From the IMG/VR virus record IMGVR_UViG_2767802241_000002, positions 32,001 through 96,000 of that record: a stretch of 64,000 nt of DNA; one strand, given 5' to 3'. Of this stretch, positions 27,553 to 36,591 are shown in pieces. The DNA comes from a virus. Taxonomy: Duplodnaviria; Caudoviricetes. The stretch's first letter is position 1, and each line of letters starts with the position of its first letter. The translations under genes and the position numbers were made by a program. The notes below the pieces were generated by a model. It saw nothing but the letters and a program-made list of their open reading frames with translations, did no database searches and had not been told where the DNA came from.

Positions 27553-28658
27553 GCCACATTTACCTCGCGTGCGTATTTTTCAATATCAGCTATAACTTCA
27601 GATAGGCGTGATGGGTGGATCTGCATCAGTGAATCAATTCCCAAGTATTCGCATGTTGATTTAACATCAAGACCGCGTGATGCAATTAGCTGTTGCAACT
27701 CGTTACGCTGCTCGATTGTCATTGCTTCCGTTTCATTTGCAGGCTGGTAATTCTGCTGGTGTAACTGAGCCTCATGCTCTCGATTAGCTTGCTCTCTTTT
27801 TTGAATAATAGAGATTAGGCTGTTGCGAGTTTCTTCGAATTTCTGCTGCTGTAGGTCTAGCAAGCTGTTCATTTGGCGCTTAGCGCAATAATTATCAATA
27901 TTCACACCGGCTTGAATCATTAGGTTTTCAATTTCTAGGTATTGATCGCCGTTTATTGTTGCGTCGGCAGATCCTGACTCAAGCCATTGCTTTAAGCGGA
28001 TGCCAGTTTGCTCTGTAATTTGTTCTGGTTGAACGAATAGTCCGGTACGATCTTTTGTCGCATTTGCATAGTAGTCGCCGTGAGTAATATCTAGAACGGT
28101 AGTGAACTCATATTCGATACCATCACGTTGCTCTGATTTGAGTCCAAGCTTTTCAACTTTCTTTTTACCGTTGGTATCATTGGTTTGCACGGTGTCCATT
28201 TTGCTGCGCATAGTGACAATGATGTTGATACTTGAGTGCAGCATTGCATCAATAAATTTACGATGGCGCGGAGTAACCTCACTCCATGCACCCCACGTAT
28301 TACCTTTAAACTTTCCTTTGCCAAGAGCATCTACGATTTCTAAACAACCGCCAACACCCGACCATTCATGTGTAATACTGTCTAAAATAACAGTTGAATA
28401 TCCAGCGTGTTCAGCAGCTTGAATTGCGGAAATAAACTTCTCTGGTGAATAAGGTGGTTGAATATTTGCTGTATCGAACTCAACAACATCGGCATAAAGT
28501 TCAGCACTACTATTTTCTGTATCTACTACAGCAATCTTACCCCCAATGCCTTTAGCAATGAGTAGTGCACCCATTGTTTTACCTGAACCAGTAGGGCCAG
28601 AGAGTGCGAGGCGCAATTTAGCGTTTTTACGTTCTGCTTTTTTGAAGAATACTGACAT
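27549..28658 (-). CDS. AAA ATPase, Sak4-like recombination protein
   Basis: Walker A GPTGSGKT; VVDTE; ILDSITHEW; EYEF. Confidence 0.8.
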   Translation of the reverse strand: MSVFFKKAERKNAKLRLALSGPTGSGKTMGALLIAKGIGGKIAVVDTENSSAELYADVVEFDTANIQPPYSPEKFISAIQAAEHAGYSTVILDSITHEWSGVGGCLEIVDALGKGKFKGNTWGAWSEVTPRHRKFIDAMLHSSINIIVTMRSKMDTVQTNDTNGKKKVEKLGLKSEQRDGIEYEFTTVLDITHGDYYANATKDRTGLFVQPEQITEQTGIRLKQWLESGSADATINGDQYLEIENLMIQAGVNIDNYCAKRQMNSLLDLQQQKFEETRNSLISIIQKREQANREHEAQLHQQNYQPANETEAMTIEQRNELQQLIASRGLDVKSTCEYLGIDSLMQIHPSRLSEVIADIEKYAREVNVA

Positions 28659-29122
28659 TACGCATCCTCCCCAAGACGGTTTTTCATCATGTAGCCAGCA
28701 ATCAAAGCATTGATATTGCGGTGATCACTAGAATCAGTGAAATCGCTGAATTGAGTACCATCACGCGTTACTACGCTATTCACGCTAAGCTGAGTCACAT
28801 CGATAGCAGTGAACTCAGAACCCAGTACGCCGTAACTATCTTCATGCGCTTCGAAGTCGAAAGACACATTCAGAACAAAGTCATCGAGCAGAATATTCGC
28901 CGTGCCAGAGTTGTCACCAGTTAAGACAAGGGACTGTAATTCGTAGGTAGAAGGAATCGCAGCAGGGGAAGCCACTGGTGCTTGAACTGCATTTGTTTTA
29001 AGTGCTGTTAAGCCGACAACGCTTAAAGCACCAACTAAAACAAGCGTGCTAAATGGTCGACGGCGTACAAGAGTTGTAACACCCGATAAACTAGGATTGA
29101 AAGAAATGGGTTTTGCGTTCAT
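28658..29122 (-). CDS. Hypothetical protein with an N-terminal hydrophobic segment
   Basis: First early-left gene; ATG 29122 with RBS. Confidence 0.65.
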   Translation of the reverse strand: MNAKPISFNPSLSGVTTLVRRRPFSTLVLVGALSVVGLTALKTNAVQAPVASPAAIPSTYELQSLVLTGDNSGTANILLDDFVLNVSFDFEAHEDSYGVLGSEFTAIDVTQLSVNSVVTRDGTQFSDFTDSSDHRNINALIAGYMMKNRLGEDA

Positions 29123-29197
29123 AATCCACCTGTTGTTAGAAAAAGCACATTTGATTTGACGGTCGGTGTGCTTTTTTGTTGTCTTGATGAATAGTAT

Positions 29198-29270
29198 GTT
29201 CAACTAATTGAACTAAAGTGTCAAGACTTTGTTCGAAATATTGTATATCTATTTATTCAGTATATTGAAC
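29198..29270. promoter_or_regulatory. OL-like repressor operators
   Basis: GTTCAACTAATTGAAC, GTTCGAAATATTGTAT and ATTCAGTATATTGAAC; same consensus as the sites between cI and cro. Confidence 0.7.
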
Positions 29271-29455
29271 TTATATGTTTTAATAGACAAAAGAAAACCC
29301 GCACAGGGCGGGTTAGATGGAGTTTGTTAATATGATTGGCATTACCAAAAGTGGTGAGCTAATAGAGATATCTAAAGATGGACCTAAGGGCGGAACTAGA
29401 TTGGTGGGCATTCTTATCTGTGATCCAGAAGAGCTCCCTCAAGAGCTCATCAAGG

Positions 29456-29737
29456 TTAAAGTGCGTTACCAGAGCCCAGACGATCAACACAATCTAGCTT
29501 GTTGCCAAGATATTTTACGCATACATCCACGCCAGATTCAGGGTGTTCATGGTGAAGCACCATCAAAACCTCATAAGTCTTATCGTTGGATAGGACTATC
29601 CATTCACCGATTCTCGGAAGGTTTTCAAATTTATGTGCATACAAAGCCTTTTCGGCACCTTGTTCAAACTCTATTAAAGAAACTTCAATCATAATATCTC
29701 CAGCTAATCTTTTTCCGAAAGGACTCGCTATATTCAC
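29456..29737 (-). CDS. Hypothetical protein (downstream of cI)
   Basis: LPRIGEWIVL...YEVLMVLH beta-rich pattern; co-oriented with cI. Confidence 0.55.
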   Translation of the reverse strand: MNIASPFGKRLAGDIMIEVSLIEFEQGAEKALYAHKFENLPRIGEWIVLSNDKTYEVLMVLHHEHPESGVDVCVKYLGNKLDCVDRLGSGNAL

Positions 29738-29784
29738 AGTAAAGGTGTTTCATGAATAAAAACGAATCTTTAATTGTTAAGCGT

Positions 29785-30165
29785 TTACTTTGGGCTACTA
29801 TTTTTTTCAATAGCGTAACTTTGATCTGCATGTTTATTATCATTTTCTGTCTTATAAAATACTGAAAAATATATAGTCACAAGGATTGAAATAGCAGCCA
29901 GTAGTGATGCAATACACCCAACAATAAACGTGGGCGTAACTGTCCAGTGAGGTTTGCTTGACCTTTGAATTTGACGAGAAGTTAATTCATAGCTGATAGC
30001 TTGAAGTAATGGGGCAGAAATCAAACCATCCCTAGATTCACCACTAAGAAGCTTAAGCAGTTCATCATCTGAAAGTTTTTTAATTGTCTCAATGGTTAAT
30101 AGGGTTCTTTTTATTTGGGGTGGCTTTGACGCATTAGGCAGCATGTCTTTCGGTATTTGAAACAT
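29785..30165 (-). CDS. Single-TM hypothetical protein (downstream of cI)
   Basis: Hydrophobic TFIVGCIASLLAAISILVTIYF. Confidence 0.65.
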   Translation of the reverse strand: MFQIPKDMLPNASKPPQIKRTLLTIETIKKLSDDELLKLLSGESRDGLISAPLLQAISYELTSRQIQRSSKPHWTVTPTFIVGCIASLLAAISILVTIYFSVFYKTENDNKHADQSYAIEKNSSPK

Positions 30166-30269
30166 AATTTTCCTAAAATTTAAAGGAAACCCGTTGCAAA
30201 GATTGCATCGGGTTGCAGGTTTAAATTAATTACTTCTTATTATGCCGAAGCACTACTCTAGGCACCTTA

Positions 30270-30569
30270 TTACTCCGAGTACTTCTCTAAAAACTCATCA
30301 ATCCAGCCTTGCACCGCCTCACGATTTGTTATGTCAGCCAGTTTTAAACTAGTGCCCTCAGCTTCGTTAAAACCCTCAATAATGGCTTCAAAGATATTAG
30401 CCTCAGCAATGACCTCATTTGCCATTTCTGCAGCGTCATAGCTCTGTTTAGCTCTTTTAAGCGCTGCAATTTGCTTGTCGATTCCATCGCCCATTTTAGC
30501 CAATGCCATTTTAAATTCTTGACGATTAATCGTTAGCGCGGTTTTGGATTTATTAAGTGTTGCGATCAT
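30270..30569 (-). CDS. Hypothetical protein (downstream of cI)
   Basis: 99 aa, strong RBS, 40 nt after cI. Confidence 0.7.
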   Translation of the reverse strand: MIATLNKSKTALTINRQEFKMALAKMGDGIDKQIAALKRAKQSYDAAEMANEVIAEANIFEAIIEGFNEAEGTSLKLADITNREAVQGWIDEFLEKYSE

Positions 30570-30609
30570 TGTGATTTCCTTCTTTAATAATTTTCATCAT
30601 AAGACCTTC

Positions 30610-31335
30610 TTAAATTTCACCATCATAAGAGTGGGATATATATTTTCCAATTACACTAATATGCTCTAATTGATCAGGATCTACAATTTCACGCTCATAT
30701 GCGGGGTTATCACTATCAATTATTAAGGCGCCATCGTACCGAAGAGATAAGCGCTTAATTTTTAATTCGTTGCCATAGCGAATAGCATAAACTCTACCTG
30801 ATTGAATTTGCTGCAATGTGTTTATGGATTTATCCAGCGTAACAACACTACCATTCGGAATTCTTGGTTCCATGCTATCGCCATCAATATCAACCGTTAT
30901 TAAGTTCTTAGGTGAAACTCTTTTCTTGTGAATCCAATCTAGTAATTGAGCTGTGCCTAGCTCTTGCCTAGCAGGCTCAAACTCAACGATATGTCCATTG
31001 CCAGCAGAAAACTTAACATCAACATGAGGAATAATCACATAAACATTTGGATCTAAATCCTCGGGAGCTTCCCATGCTAGTACAGGTTTGCATTTAACAC
31101 CTTCAAGCTGGCTATCATCTTGAGTTGGTGAGCCAGCACCATCTAAAAGCCATTGAGGTGTTGTTTTTAGAGCTGTAGATAGAGCACCAATGTGTTTTGC
31201 GCTAGGGCTATTCGATCCATTGAACCACCCAGAAATCGTACCTCTTGCAGCCCCTGTGAGACGCATTAAGTCTGCTTGATTCATGCCAAGTTCAGACATC
31301 CGTAATCTAATTCTATCTGAAACTGTCTGTTGCAT
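30610..31335 (-). CDS. cI: CI-like repressor (HTH plus S24 autopeptidase)
   Basis: N-terminal HTH; SAG cleavage site; GDSMEP serine and IKRL lysine. Confidence 0.9.
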   Translation of the reverse strand: MQQTVSDRIRLRMSELGMNQADLMRLTGAARGTISGWFNGSNSPSAKHIGALSTALKTTPQWLLDGAGSPTQDDSQLEGVKCKPVLAWEAPEDLDPNVYVIIPHVDVKFSAGNGHIVEFEPARQELGTAQLLDWIHKKRVSPKNLITVDIDGDSMEPRIPNGSVVTLDKSINTLQQIQSGRVYAIRYGNELKIKRLSLRYDGALIIDSDNPAYEREIVDPDQLEHISVIGKYISHSYDGEI

Positions 31336-31351
31336 TTAATAATCTCCTATT

Positions 31352-31436
31352 TGTTCAGAATTATGAACAAACGTATTGACAATTGCTTGAACAAAATGTT
31401 CAAATGATTGAAGTATTTTTGTTTGAGTAATTGAAT
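31352..31436. promoter_or_regulatory. OR-like operators and divergent promoters
   Basis: TGTTCAGAATTATGAACA, GTTCAAATGATTGAAG and two weaker GTTCA-N6-TGAAC copies; TTGACA at 31376. Confidence 0.7.
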
Positions 31437-31625
31437 ATGACGGTAGAGCAATTAATGGCTTTCTATGAAGCTAAAAATAAGTCGCATCTAGCAAACATAA
31501 TAGGTGTTGCAAGATCAACCGTGACCGCATGGGAGCAAAACGGCATCCCACCTCGCACCCAAGCTACCTTTGAAGTCCTAACAAAAGGCAAGCTAAAAGC
31601 TGATCTACAAACATTAATCGCATAA
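31437..31625 (+). CDS. cro: Cro-like repressor
   Basis: Divergent from cI; HTH LANIIGVARSTVTAW; TKGKLKAD. Confidence 0.85.
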   Translation: MTVEQLMAFYEAKNKSHLANIIGVARSTVTAWEQNGIPPRTQATFEVLTKGKLKADLQTLIA

Positions 31626-31641
31626 TTACATAGGTGAATTT

Positions 31642-31875
31642 ATGAGCCTCGAAAAAAAATCTATTCATGTTCGTATCGAAGTGGATATGCATAGCCGTCT
31701 CTCTGTTTTGGCTGATTTAGATGAAAACGAAATAGCTGCTCAAGCTGCGATCTTTTTAGAGATGATGATCATGGCTAAGTGGCATGTTGTAAATGTAACA
31801 GCCAAAAAAATGAATCGCTTGGGATTGACGGGGAATCAGGGGGATGTAAGGGATTTGCGAGTTTTAGGCAAATAA
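31642..31875 (+). CDS. CII-position regulator
   Basis: Follows cro; KKSIHVRI RHH-like N-terminus. Confidence 0.6.
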   Translation: MSLEKKSIHVRIEVDMHSRLSVLADLDENEIAAQAAIFLEMMIMAKWHVVNVTAKKMNRLGLTGNQGDVRDLRVLGK

Positions 31876-31940
31876 AAACCGCTTCTACTGTGAATAGAAG
31901 CGGTCAGTAATTCACTAATTAGGAAACCAATGAATATGAA
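31874..31940 (-). ncRNA. OOP-like antisense RNA
   Basis: Minus-strand promoter TTGCTT-17-TATATT (31973-31945) and terminator ACCGCTTCTA-N-TAGAAGCGGTTTTT at the 3' end of the cII-position gene. Confidence 0.5.
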
Positions 31941-32211
31941 ATCAAATATATCAAAACCAGCCGTAGCAAGCAATGACACGGCGACAGATTTCGTCCGAGG
32001 CGATGCGGTTGTGTTAATCAATGGCGATGACAACACACTTTATGAGTTCTCGAAAGTAAATACTGTTCTAAATGCAAAGTGTTACATCACCAAGCCATGC
32101 AAAGCAAAAATGTTATCCGTTTGGATCAGTGATATCCGCCATGCGACTACCGCCGAAATTACTGCACGGCGCCGTTTAGACATTTCAACAAATGGGGTGT
32201 TGATCGCATGA
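31930..32211 (+). CDS. Hypothetical protein
   Basis: FVRGDAVV...IRHATTAEITARRRL; early-right operon. Confidence 0.7.
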   Translation: MNMKSNISKPAVASNDTATDFVRGDAVVLINGDDNTLYEFSKVNTVLNAKCYITKPCKAKMLSVWISDIRHATTAEITARRRLDISTNGVLIA

Positions 32212-32504
32212 ATACACAAATTCACGCACCGTCAGTGGACCACTGGCAACAGCAGAATATCCAATCTTTCCATGAGCCAGCACTAAGAATGCTGAATGAC
32301 ATGCTGGAGCGCAAGAAAGAAAATCTTAGACGCCGTGGTTATAACGAAAACAATGCTGCAGTGACGAAAGAGGAGTTAGCACGTTCGATGGAGCGTTATT
32401 TTCGTATTGCCAATTTTTTAGCGCAGCGGATTGTTAAAAGCATGGTGAATGCCGGGGTTGTTGAATCATTTGGTAGCTATGTAAAGCCTAAGGTGGTGTT
32501 ATGA
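32208..32504 (+). CDS. Hypothetical protein
   Basis: Coupled by ATGA overlaps on both sides. Confidence 0.7.
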   Translation: MNTQIHAPSVDHWQQQNIQSFHEPALRMLNDMLERKKENLRRRGYNENNAAVTKEELARSMERYFRIANFLAQRIVKSMVNAGVVESFGSYVKPKVVL

Positions 32505-33448
32505 GTTTAGATGCAACCAATTGGGCTTGGCGAGTTCAGCTACAGCAAAAGAAAGGCGGCAGTTCAAAGCCACTTAAAAAATTACTTTTACTCTCACTTG
32601 CAGATCGTGCAGGTGAGGATCATTGCTGTTATCCAAGCGTGGGGCGTCTGGTAGAAGATACGGAGATGGATCGTAAAACCGTGCTTAAAATAATCGATGA
32701 GTTAATCGAAGACGGATTAATTTTAGATACCGGTGAGCGAAAAGGTCGCACGAAACAAGTAAAAGTTTATCGCTTAATGGGGGTAAATGGTCGTGAAACT
32801 GTCCCAACATTGGTACACCTTGACACTAAAAATAATGAATTAAAGAGTCCCAATAATGGAACAGTTCCAACAATGGAACCGTCCCAACAATCCGATGAAA
32901 GAGTCCCAACGTTCCGCGGAAAGAGTCCCAACGTTGGGACACGGAATCTTTTAAAGAATCTTTCAGATGAATCTAAAAATAAAAAAGACTGGCTTTGTTT
33001 TAAAAAACTTGAAAATGAAATTCGAGAAGCTGATGGCAGTATCGATTTTGCAGTTATCGCGAAATCAACATGGGCTGGTCGTGAAAAACGAGCATTCGAG
33101 ATTTACAACGCAGAAAAGAACCTTTGTGATGACTTGATGAATTTCTATTTTGCTGACTGGCTGATCAATGCATATCGAAGTAAATATTCAGATTCGGCCA
33201 AGAGTCAAGGATCTAAATTCTCTACTGCAGCGAAAGCCAACCAACTCTCTGAAAAACAAATTCATGTATTTGCGACCAAGCTTGCACATCATCCCGAGTT
33301 TGCAGGCCGATACAGCGAACCAGGTGATTCATACGAGAAACTAGCGGCAAAGATCGCCGTGAAGCTTGAAGATCCAGCACAGGCGAAGAAATGGGAAGGG
33401 TATTTAAAACAAGTCGGCTTCACAGGTGTGTTGGAGGGTTCAGCATGA
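32501..33448 (+). CDS. Replication initiator (O-like, N-terminal wHTH)
   Basis: KLLLLSLADRA...CYPSVGRL...RKTVLKIIDELIEDGLI; internal iterons. Confidence 0.85.
   Translation: MSLDATNWAWRVQLQQKKGGSSKPLKKLLLLSLADRAGEDHCCYPSVGRLVEDTEMDRKTVLKIIDELIEDGLILDTGERKGRTKQVKVYRLMGVNGRETVPTLVHLDTKNNELKSPNNGTVPTMEPSQQSDERVPTFRGKSPNVGTRNLLKNLSDESKNKKDWLCFKKLENEIREADGSIDFAVIAKSTWAGREKRAFEIYNAEKNLCDDLMNFYFADWLINAYRSKYSDSAKSQGSKFSTAAKANQLSEKQIHVFATKLAHHPEFAGRYSEPGDSYEKLAAKIAVKLEDPAQAKKWEGYLKQVGFTGVLEGSA
32800..32940 (+). repeat. Replication-origin iterons
   Basis: About six GTCCCAAC-like repeats, including the palindrome GTCCCAACGTTGGGAC, followed by an AT-rich tract. Confidence 0.8.
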
Positions 33449-34707
33449 AATATGGATCAGTTTGTTCTGGTGTCGAAGCTGCAAGTGTTGCATGGCAATC
33501 ACTGGGTTGGACTCCAACATGGTTTGCAGAAATTGAAAAATTTCCTTCACAAGTTTTAGCGCATCACTATCCAGATATTCCGAACTTAGGTGATATGAAA
33601 AAAATCGCAGAAATGGTTAGGAGTGAAAAAATCGAAGCACCAGATGTCTTGGTCGGTGGCACGCCATGTCAAGCTTTCTCTGTTGCTGGTTTAAGAAACT
33701 CGTTAGAAGACGATCGAGGGCAATTAAGCCTTGAGTTCGTGAGATTAGCAAATGAAATTGATTCAGCAAGACTTATTCAAGGATTCAAGCCATCCATTAT
33801 TGTTTGGGAAAATGTCCCCGGTGTGCTCAGCACAAAAGACAACGCTTTCGGCTGTTTTTTGGGAGCGCTTTCGGGTGAAGGGAGTGAATTGCAGCCGACA
33901 GGGAAAAAATGGACGAACGCAGGTTGTGTGTTTGGACCACAACGACAAATTGCTTGGAGAGTCCTTGATGCTCAATATTTCGGACTCGCCCAACGACGTA
34001 AACGAGTGTTTGTTGTCGCAAGTGCTCGAACAGAATGTATCGCAGAAGTACTTTTTGAGCGCAAAAGCGTGCTTGGGGATTTTAAGACGAGCAAAAGCAA
34101 GGGGGAAGATTTTACCAGAAGTGGTGGTAATTACATTGGAGCTACAGGCCAGACTCTTAGCGGTAAAAGAATAACACCTCCACCCTTAGCATCACATGGC
34201 GAAAAAATGTGGCTTGGCAATCAAGAAGCATTTAGCGGTGACTATTACATTGGGCATGCAATTGGCGTTGGTGGGTGCAATTCAAATGCGGCTGTTACTG
34301 AGGAAAAATCTGCAACTTTACTAAGCAATAATGATCGAGGCTACGTGATTCATTCTTGTGGTATTCAAAGAAATATCATTGGTTTAAGTTCAGAACAGGC
34401 ACCAACACTCACAATGTCTGATAGACACGGCGTAGTTATTCACGGGACACAAGACCCGATTTTATCCAGTAAATATGCCCACTGTTTAGGGCGAAATAGT
34501 GGACAAGAGAATGTCTATATTTCTTATTTAGCCAGATATTTAACTGAAATTGAATGTGAGCGACTACAGGGGTTCCCAGACAACTATACGAATATACCAG
34601 GCGCATCAAAAGTAGCTCGATATAAAGCAATGGGTAATTCTATGGCGGTACCCGTTATGCATTGGATCGGACAGAGAATCGAGAAAGTACAGGGGGCTGC
34701 AGCATGA
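33445..34707 (+). CDS. C5 DNA cytosine methyltransferase (alpha chain)
   Basis: SVCSGVEA, GGTPCQAFS, WENVPG, QRRKRVF, RLQGFPD and GNSM motifs. Confidence 0.9.
   Translation: MKYGSVCSGVEAASVAWQSLGWTPTWFAEIEKFPSQVLAHHYPDIPNLGDMKKIAEMVRSEKIEAPDVLVGGTPCQAFSVAGLRNSLEDDRGQLSLEFVRLANEIDSARLIQGFKPSIIVWENVPGVLSTKDNAFGCFLGALSGEGSELQPTGKKWTNAGCVFGPQRQIAWRVLDAQYFGLAQRRKRVFVVASARTECIAEVLFERKSVLGDFKTSKSKGEDFTRSGGNYIGATGQTLSGKRITPPPLASHGEKMWLGNQEAFSGDYYIGHAIGVGGCNSNAAVTEEKSATLLSNNDRGYVIHSCGIQRNIIGLSSEQAPTLTMSDRHGVVIHGTQDPILSSKYAHCLGRNSGQENVYISYLARYLTEIECERLQGFPDNYTNIPGASKVARYKAMGNSMAVPVMHWIGQRIEKVQGAAA
33752..34174 (+). CDS. Overlapping alternative-frame methyltransferase beta-like polypeptide
   Basis: 140-codon +1 frame ORF nested in the MTase; LSQVLEQNVSQKYFLSAKACLGILRRAKARGK. 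Confidence 0.6.
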   Translation: MKLIQQDLFKDSSHPLLFGKMSPVCSAQKTTLSAVFWERFRVKGVNCSRQGKNGRTQVVCLDHNDKLLGESLMLNISDSPNDVNECLLSQVLEQNVSQKYFLSAKACLGILRRAKARGKILPEVVVITLELQARLLAVKE

Positions 34708-35000
34708 CCATAACATCACAAAAATCATTTGAGAAACGCTTAGATATCATTATTTACGCCGTGCATGCGACTAAGCCATTCATGCGTAAAGACATTGCTT
34801 TACATGTAATCAATGCAAGTTTGCATACAGCTTCAAACTGTTTAACTGATCTCGTTGAGTTGGGTTATTTAAAGCGCGTATCGATTTATCACTATGAAGC
34901 AACGGAAATGGCTAGAGCATTGTTTTCAACGTCTAAAACTATTGATGGACCTAAATATCAAACAGGCACACCAAAAGTCATTCTTGAGGCATCACGATGA
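34704..35000 (+). CDS. Hypothetical wHTH-like protein
   Basis: ATGA-coupled; LTDLVELGYL. Confidence 0.65.
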   Translation: MTITSQKSFEKRLDIIIYAVHATKPFMRKDIALHVINASLHTASNCLTDLVELGYLKRVSIYHYEATEMARALFSTSKTIDGPKYQTGTPKVILEASR

Positions 35001-35116
35001 AAGACCAGGATAAATTTGCATTGCTCATTTTACTGATACTTACGTTTTCAGTGTGGGCAACTGCGACTAGTGGCAATGGCAGCAATTCAACACATCATGC
35101 GTTGGCATATCTATGA
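34997..35116 (+). CDS. Small membrane peptide (39 aa, absent from the ORF track)
   Basis: MKDQDKFALLILLILTFSVWA...; ATGA overlaps on both sides. Confidence 0.5.
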   Translation: MKDQDKFALLILLILTFSVWATATSGNGSNSTHHALAYL

Positions 35117-35514
35117 GCAGCATTCCATTAGCTGAGTATCGAAAGATGATCAAAGCTAAACCTAAGGCTAAATCACGGCGTCCAGTGCGCCGTGGTGCCA
35201 AAGTTGAAAGCGAAGGTGAGGCAACACTTGCACAGCATTTAAAAGCCCACGGCATTGCGTTTGATCAAGAGTTCAAATTCTGTGAAACGCGAAAATGGCG
35301 GGCTGATTTTCATATCGTTGGGCATAAATTGCTTGTCGAAGTGGAAGGTGGGATTTGGTCAGGTGGCAGGCATACACGCGGTAAGGGGTATCAGGCAGAT
35401 ATAGAGAAGTACAACGCGGCAACAATACTGGGTTATACGGTACTAAGGTTTAGCACGGCTGATGTGAAGAGTGGTGGGGCGATTAAAGGCATTTTAGAAT
35501 TGGTGGAGAAGTAA
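35113..35514 (+). CDS. PD-(D/E)XK / Vsr-like endonuclease
   Basis: QEFKF...RKWRADF...LVEVEGGIW...GRH. Confidence 0.8.
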   Translation: MSSIPLAEYRKMIKAKPKAKSRRPVRRGAKVESEGEATLAQHLKAHGIAFDQEFKFCETRKWRADFHIVGHKLLVEVEGGIWSGGRHTRGKGYQADIEKYNAATILGYTVLRFSTADVKSGGAIKGILELVEK

Positions 35515-35517
35515 GGT

Positions 35518-36045
35518 ATGAATGCAGCTGTAACGATTATGCAGGCTACGGATTGGGGTAAATACGATTTAGAAGGATGGCTATATCAATTCGGGGCGTG
35601 GCAGAACACAGTGCAGGGAACTTGTGGAAAATCATTAAATCCTATTGCTGCTGCCATGGATCAGGCTGTTGTAAAACGGAAAAAACTTAAATTGGGTATT
35701 AGAAAAAAACGCCAAATAACCGCAGACGCTATGTTGAGCGATATTGATTTCATGCCAATTAAGAAGCAAACCCCTAAAGATATAGTTTGTGAAATAACAG
35801 ACAATGAAGCGCGCGCCGTGCAGCGTCTAGTTTTGGATTTACGGGGGCAGTCGGATGTGATGGATGAATGGCTTGATGCAATTGTCGATCGCTATTTTTA
35901 TTTTAATAGTTGGTCGGAAATGGTGATTAAAGTTGGATATGTTGATAACCCAACAATCATCCGTTCTAAATATGGAGCGGAGCAAGATGTTAAGTGTGGT
36001 CTAGCTGTTCTGCACTCTCGGTATAAATTCATTGCATACAAGTGA
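35518..36045 (+). CDS. Q-like late antiterminator
   Basis: Last early-right gene, followed by a pR'-like promoter and terminator. Confidence 0.65.
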   Translation: MNAAVTIMQATDWGKYDLEGWLYQFGAWQNTVQGTCGKSLNPIAAAMDQAVVKRKKLKLGIRKKRQITADAMLSDIDFMPIKKQTPKDIVCEITDNEARAVQRLVLDLRGQSDVMDEWLDAIVDRYFYFNSWSEMVIKVGYVDNPTIIRSKYGAEQDVKCGLAVLHSRYKFIAYK

Positions 36046-36052
36046 TTGAGAC

Positions 36053-36142
36053 TTGACCCTCAGGAAAGCAAACGCTATATTTATGGCATAGTGGACGAAG
36101 TTATAGTAATTCACTGGATAAGCCTCGCAATTGCGGGGTTTT
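36053..36142 (+). promoter_or_regulatory. pR'-like late promoter and tR'-like terminator
   Basis: TTGACC-17-TATATT; hairpin GCCTCGC-aatt-GCGGGGT-TTTT. Confidence 0.65.
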
Positions 36143-36430
36143 GTTGTTTTTGCAGGTGTCGATATTCCGTGAGGTCATTAGACTTAATGGAAAAAATTAC
36201 TAAATCAATGGGTGTAATAAATAACCAAACGGTTTCAACTGATCTTGAAAGGAAAGTCAAATAGTGCTGTACTACACACGTTTAATTTTTGGTATATAAC
36301 TTATTAATTTCTAATCAATTATATTTTTCACTTAGGTCCCCGTTCGGGTACTTAGAAAAGGTGAGCAAGCTAGCCTTACATTTGGGACGCGCGCGACCTA
36401 TAAGAAGAAAATATAAAAGAAAGGAAAATA

Positions 36431-36565
36431 ATGAATAGTATATTAAAATTAAAAACACTTATTAAGAAGACAATCAAGCCAATTCAAAACACTATTAAGG
36501 TGGGGATCATTCTCTACAAAGTATATGATGTTTTGGTTTTGCTATTTGAGAATATTCCGTTTTAA
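36431..36565 (+). CDS. Small basic/hydrophobic peptide (44 aa, absent from the ORF track)
   Basis: RBS AAGGA; MNSILKLKTLIKKTIKPIQNTIKVGIILYKVYDVLVLLFENIPF*; terminator CCCAC-ttcg-GTGGG-T6. Confidence 0.55.
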   Translation: MNSILKLKTLIKKTIKPIQNTIKVGIILYKVYDVLVLLFENIPF

Positions 36566-36591
36566 GTGGGCCCACTTCGGTGGGTTTTTTA

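Noticed and set aside
29317-29694. Plus-strand 125-aa ORF as a real gene
   Set aside because: Mostly antisense to 29456-29737, which fits the cI-side operon; no independent support
32800-32940. Novel repeat array
   Set aside because: Explained by lambdoid origin iterons inside the initiator gene
36046-36264. 72-aa ORF after Q
   Set aside because: Spans the late promoter and terminator, has a TTG start and no RBS
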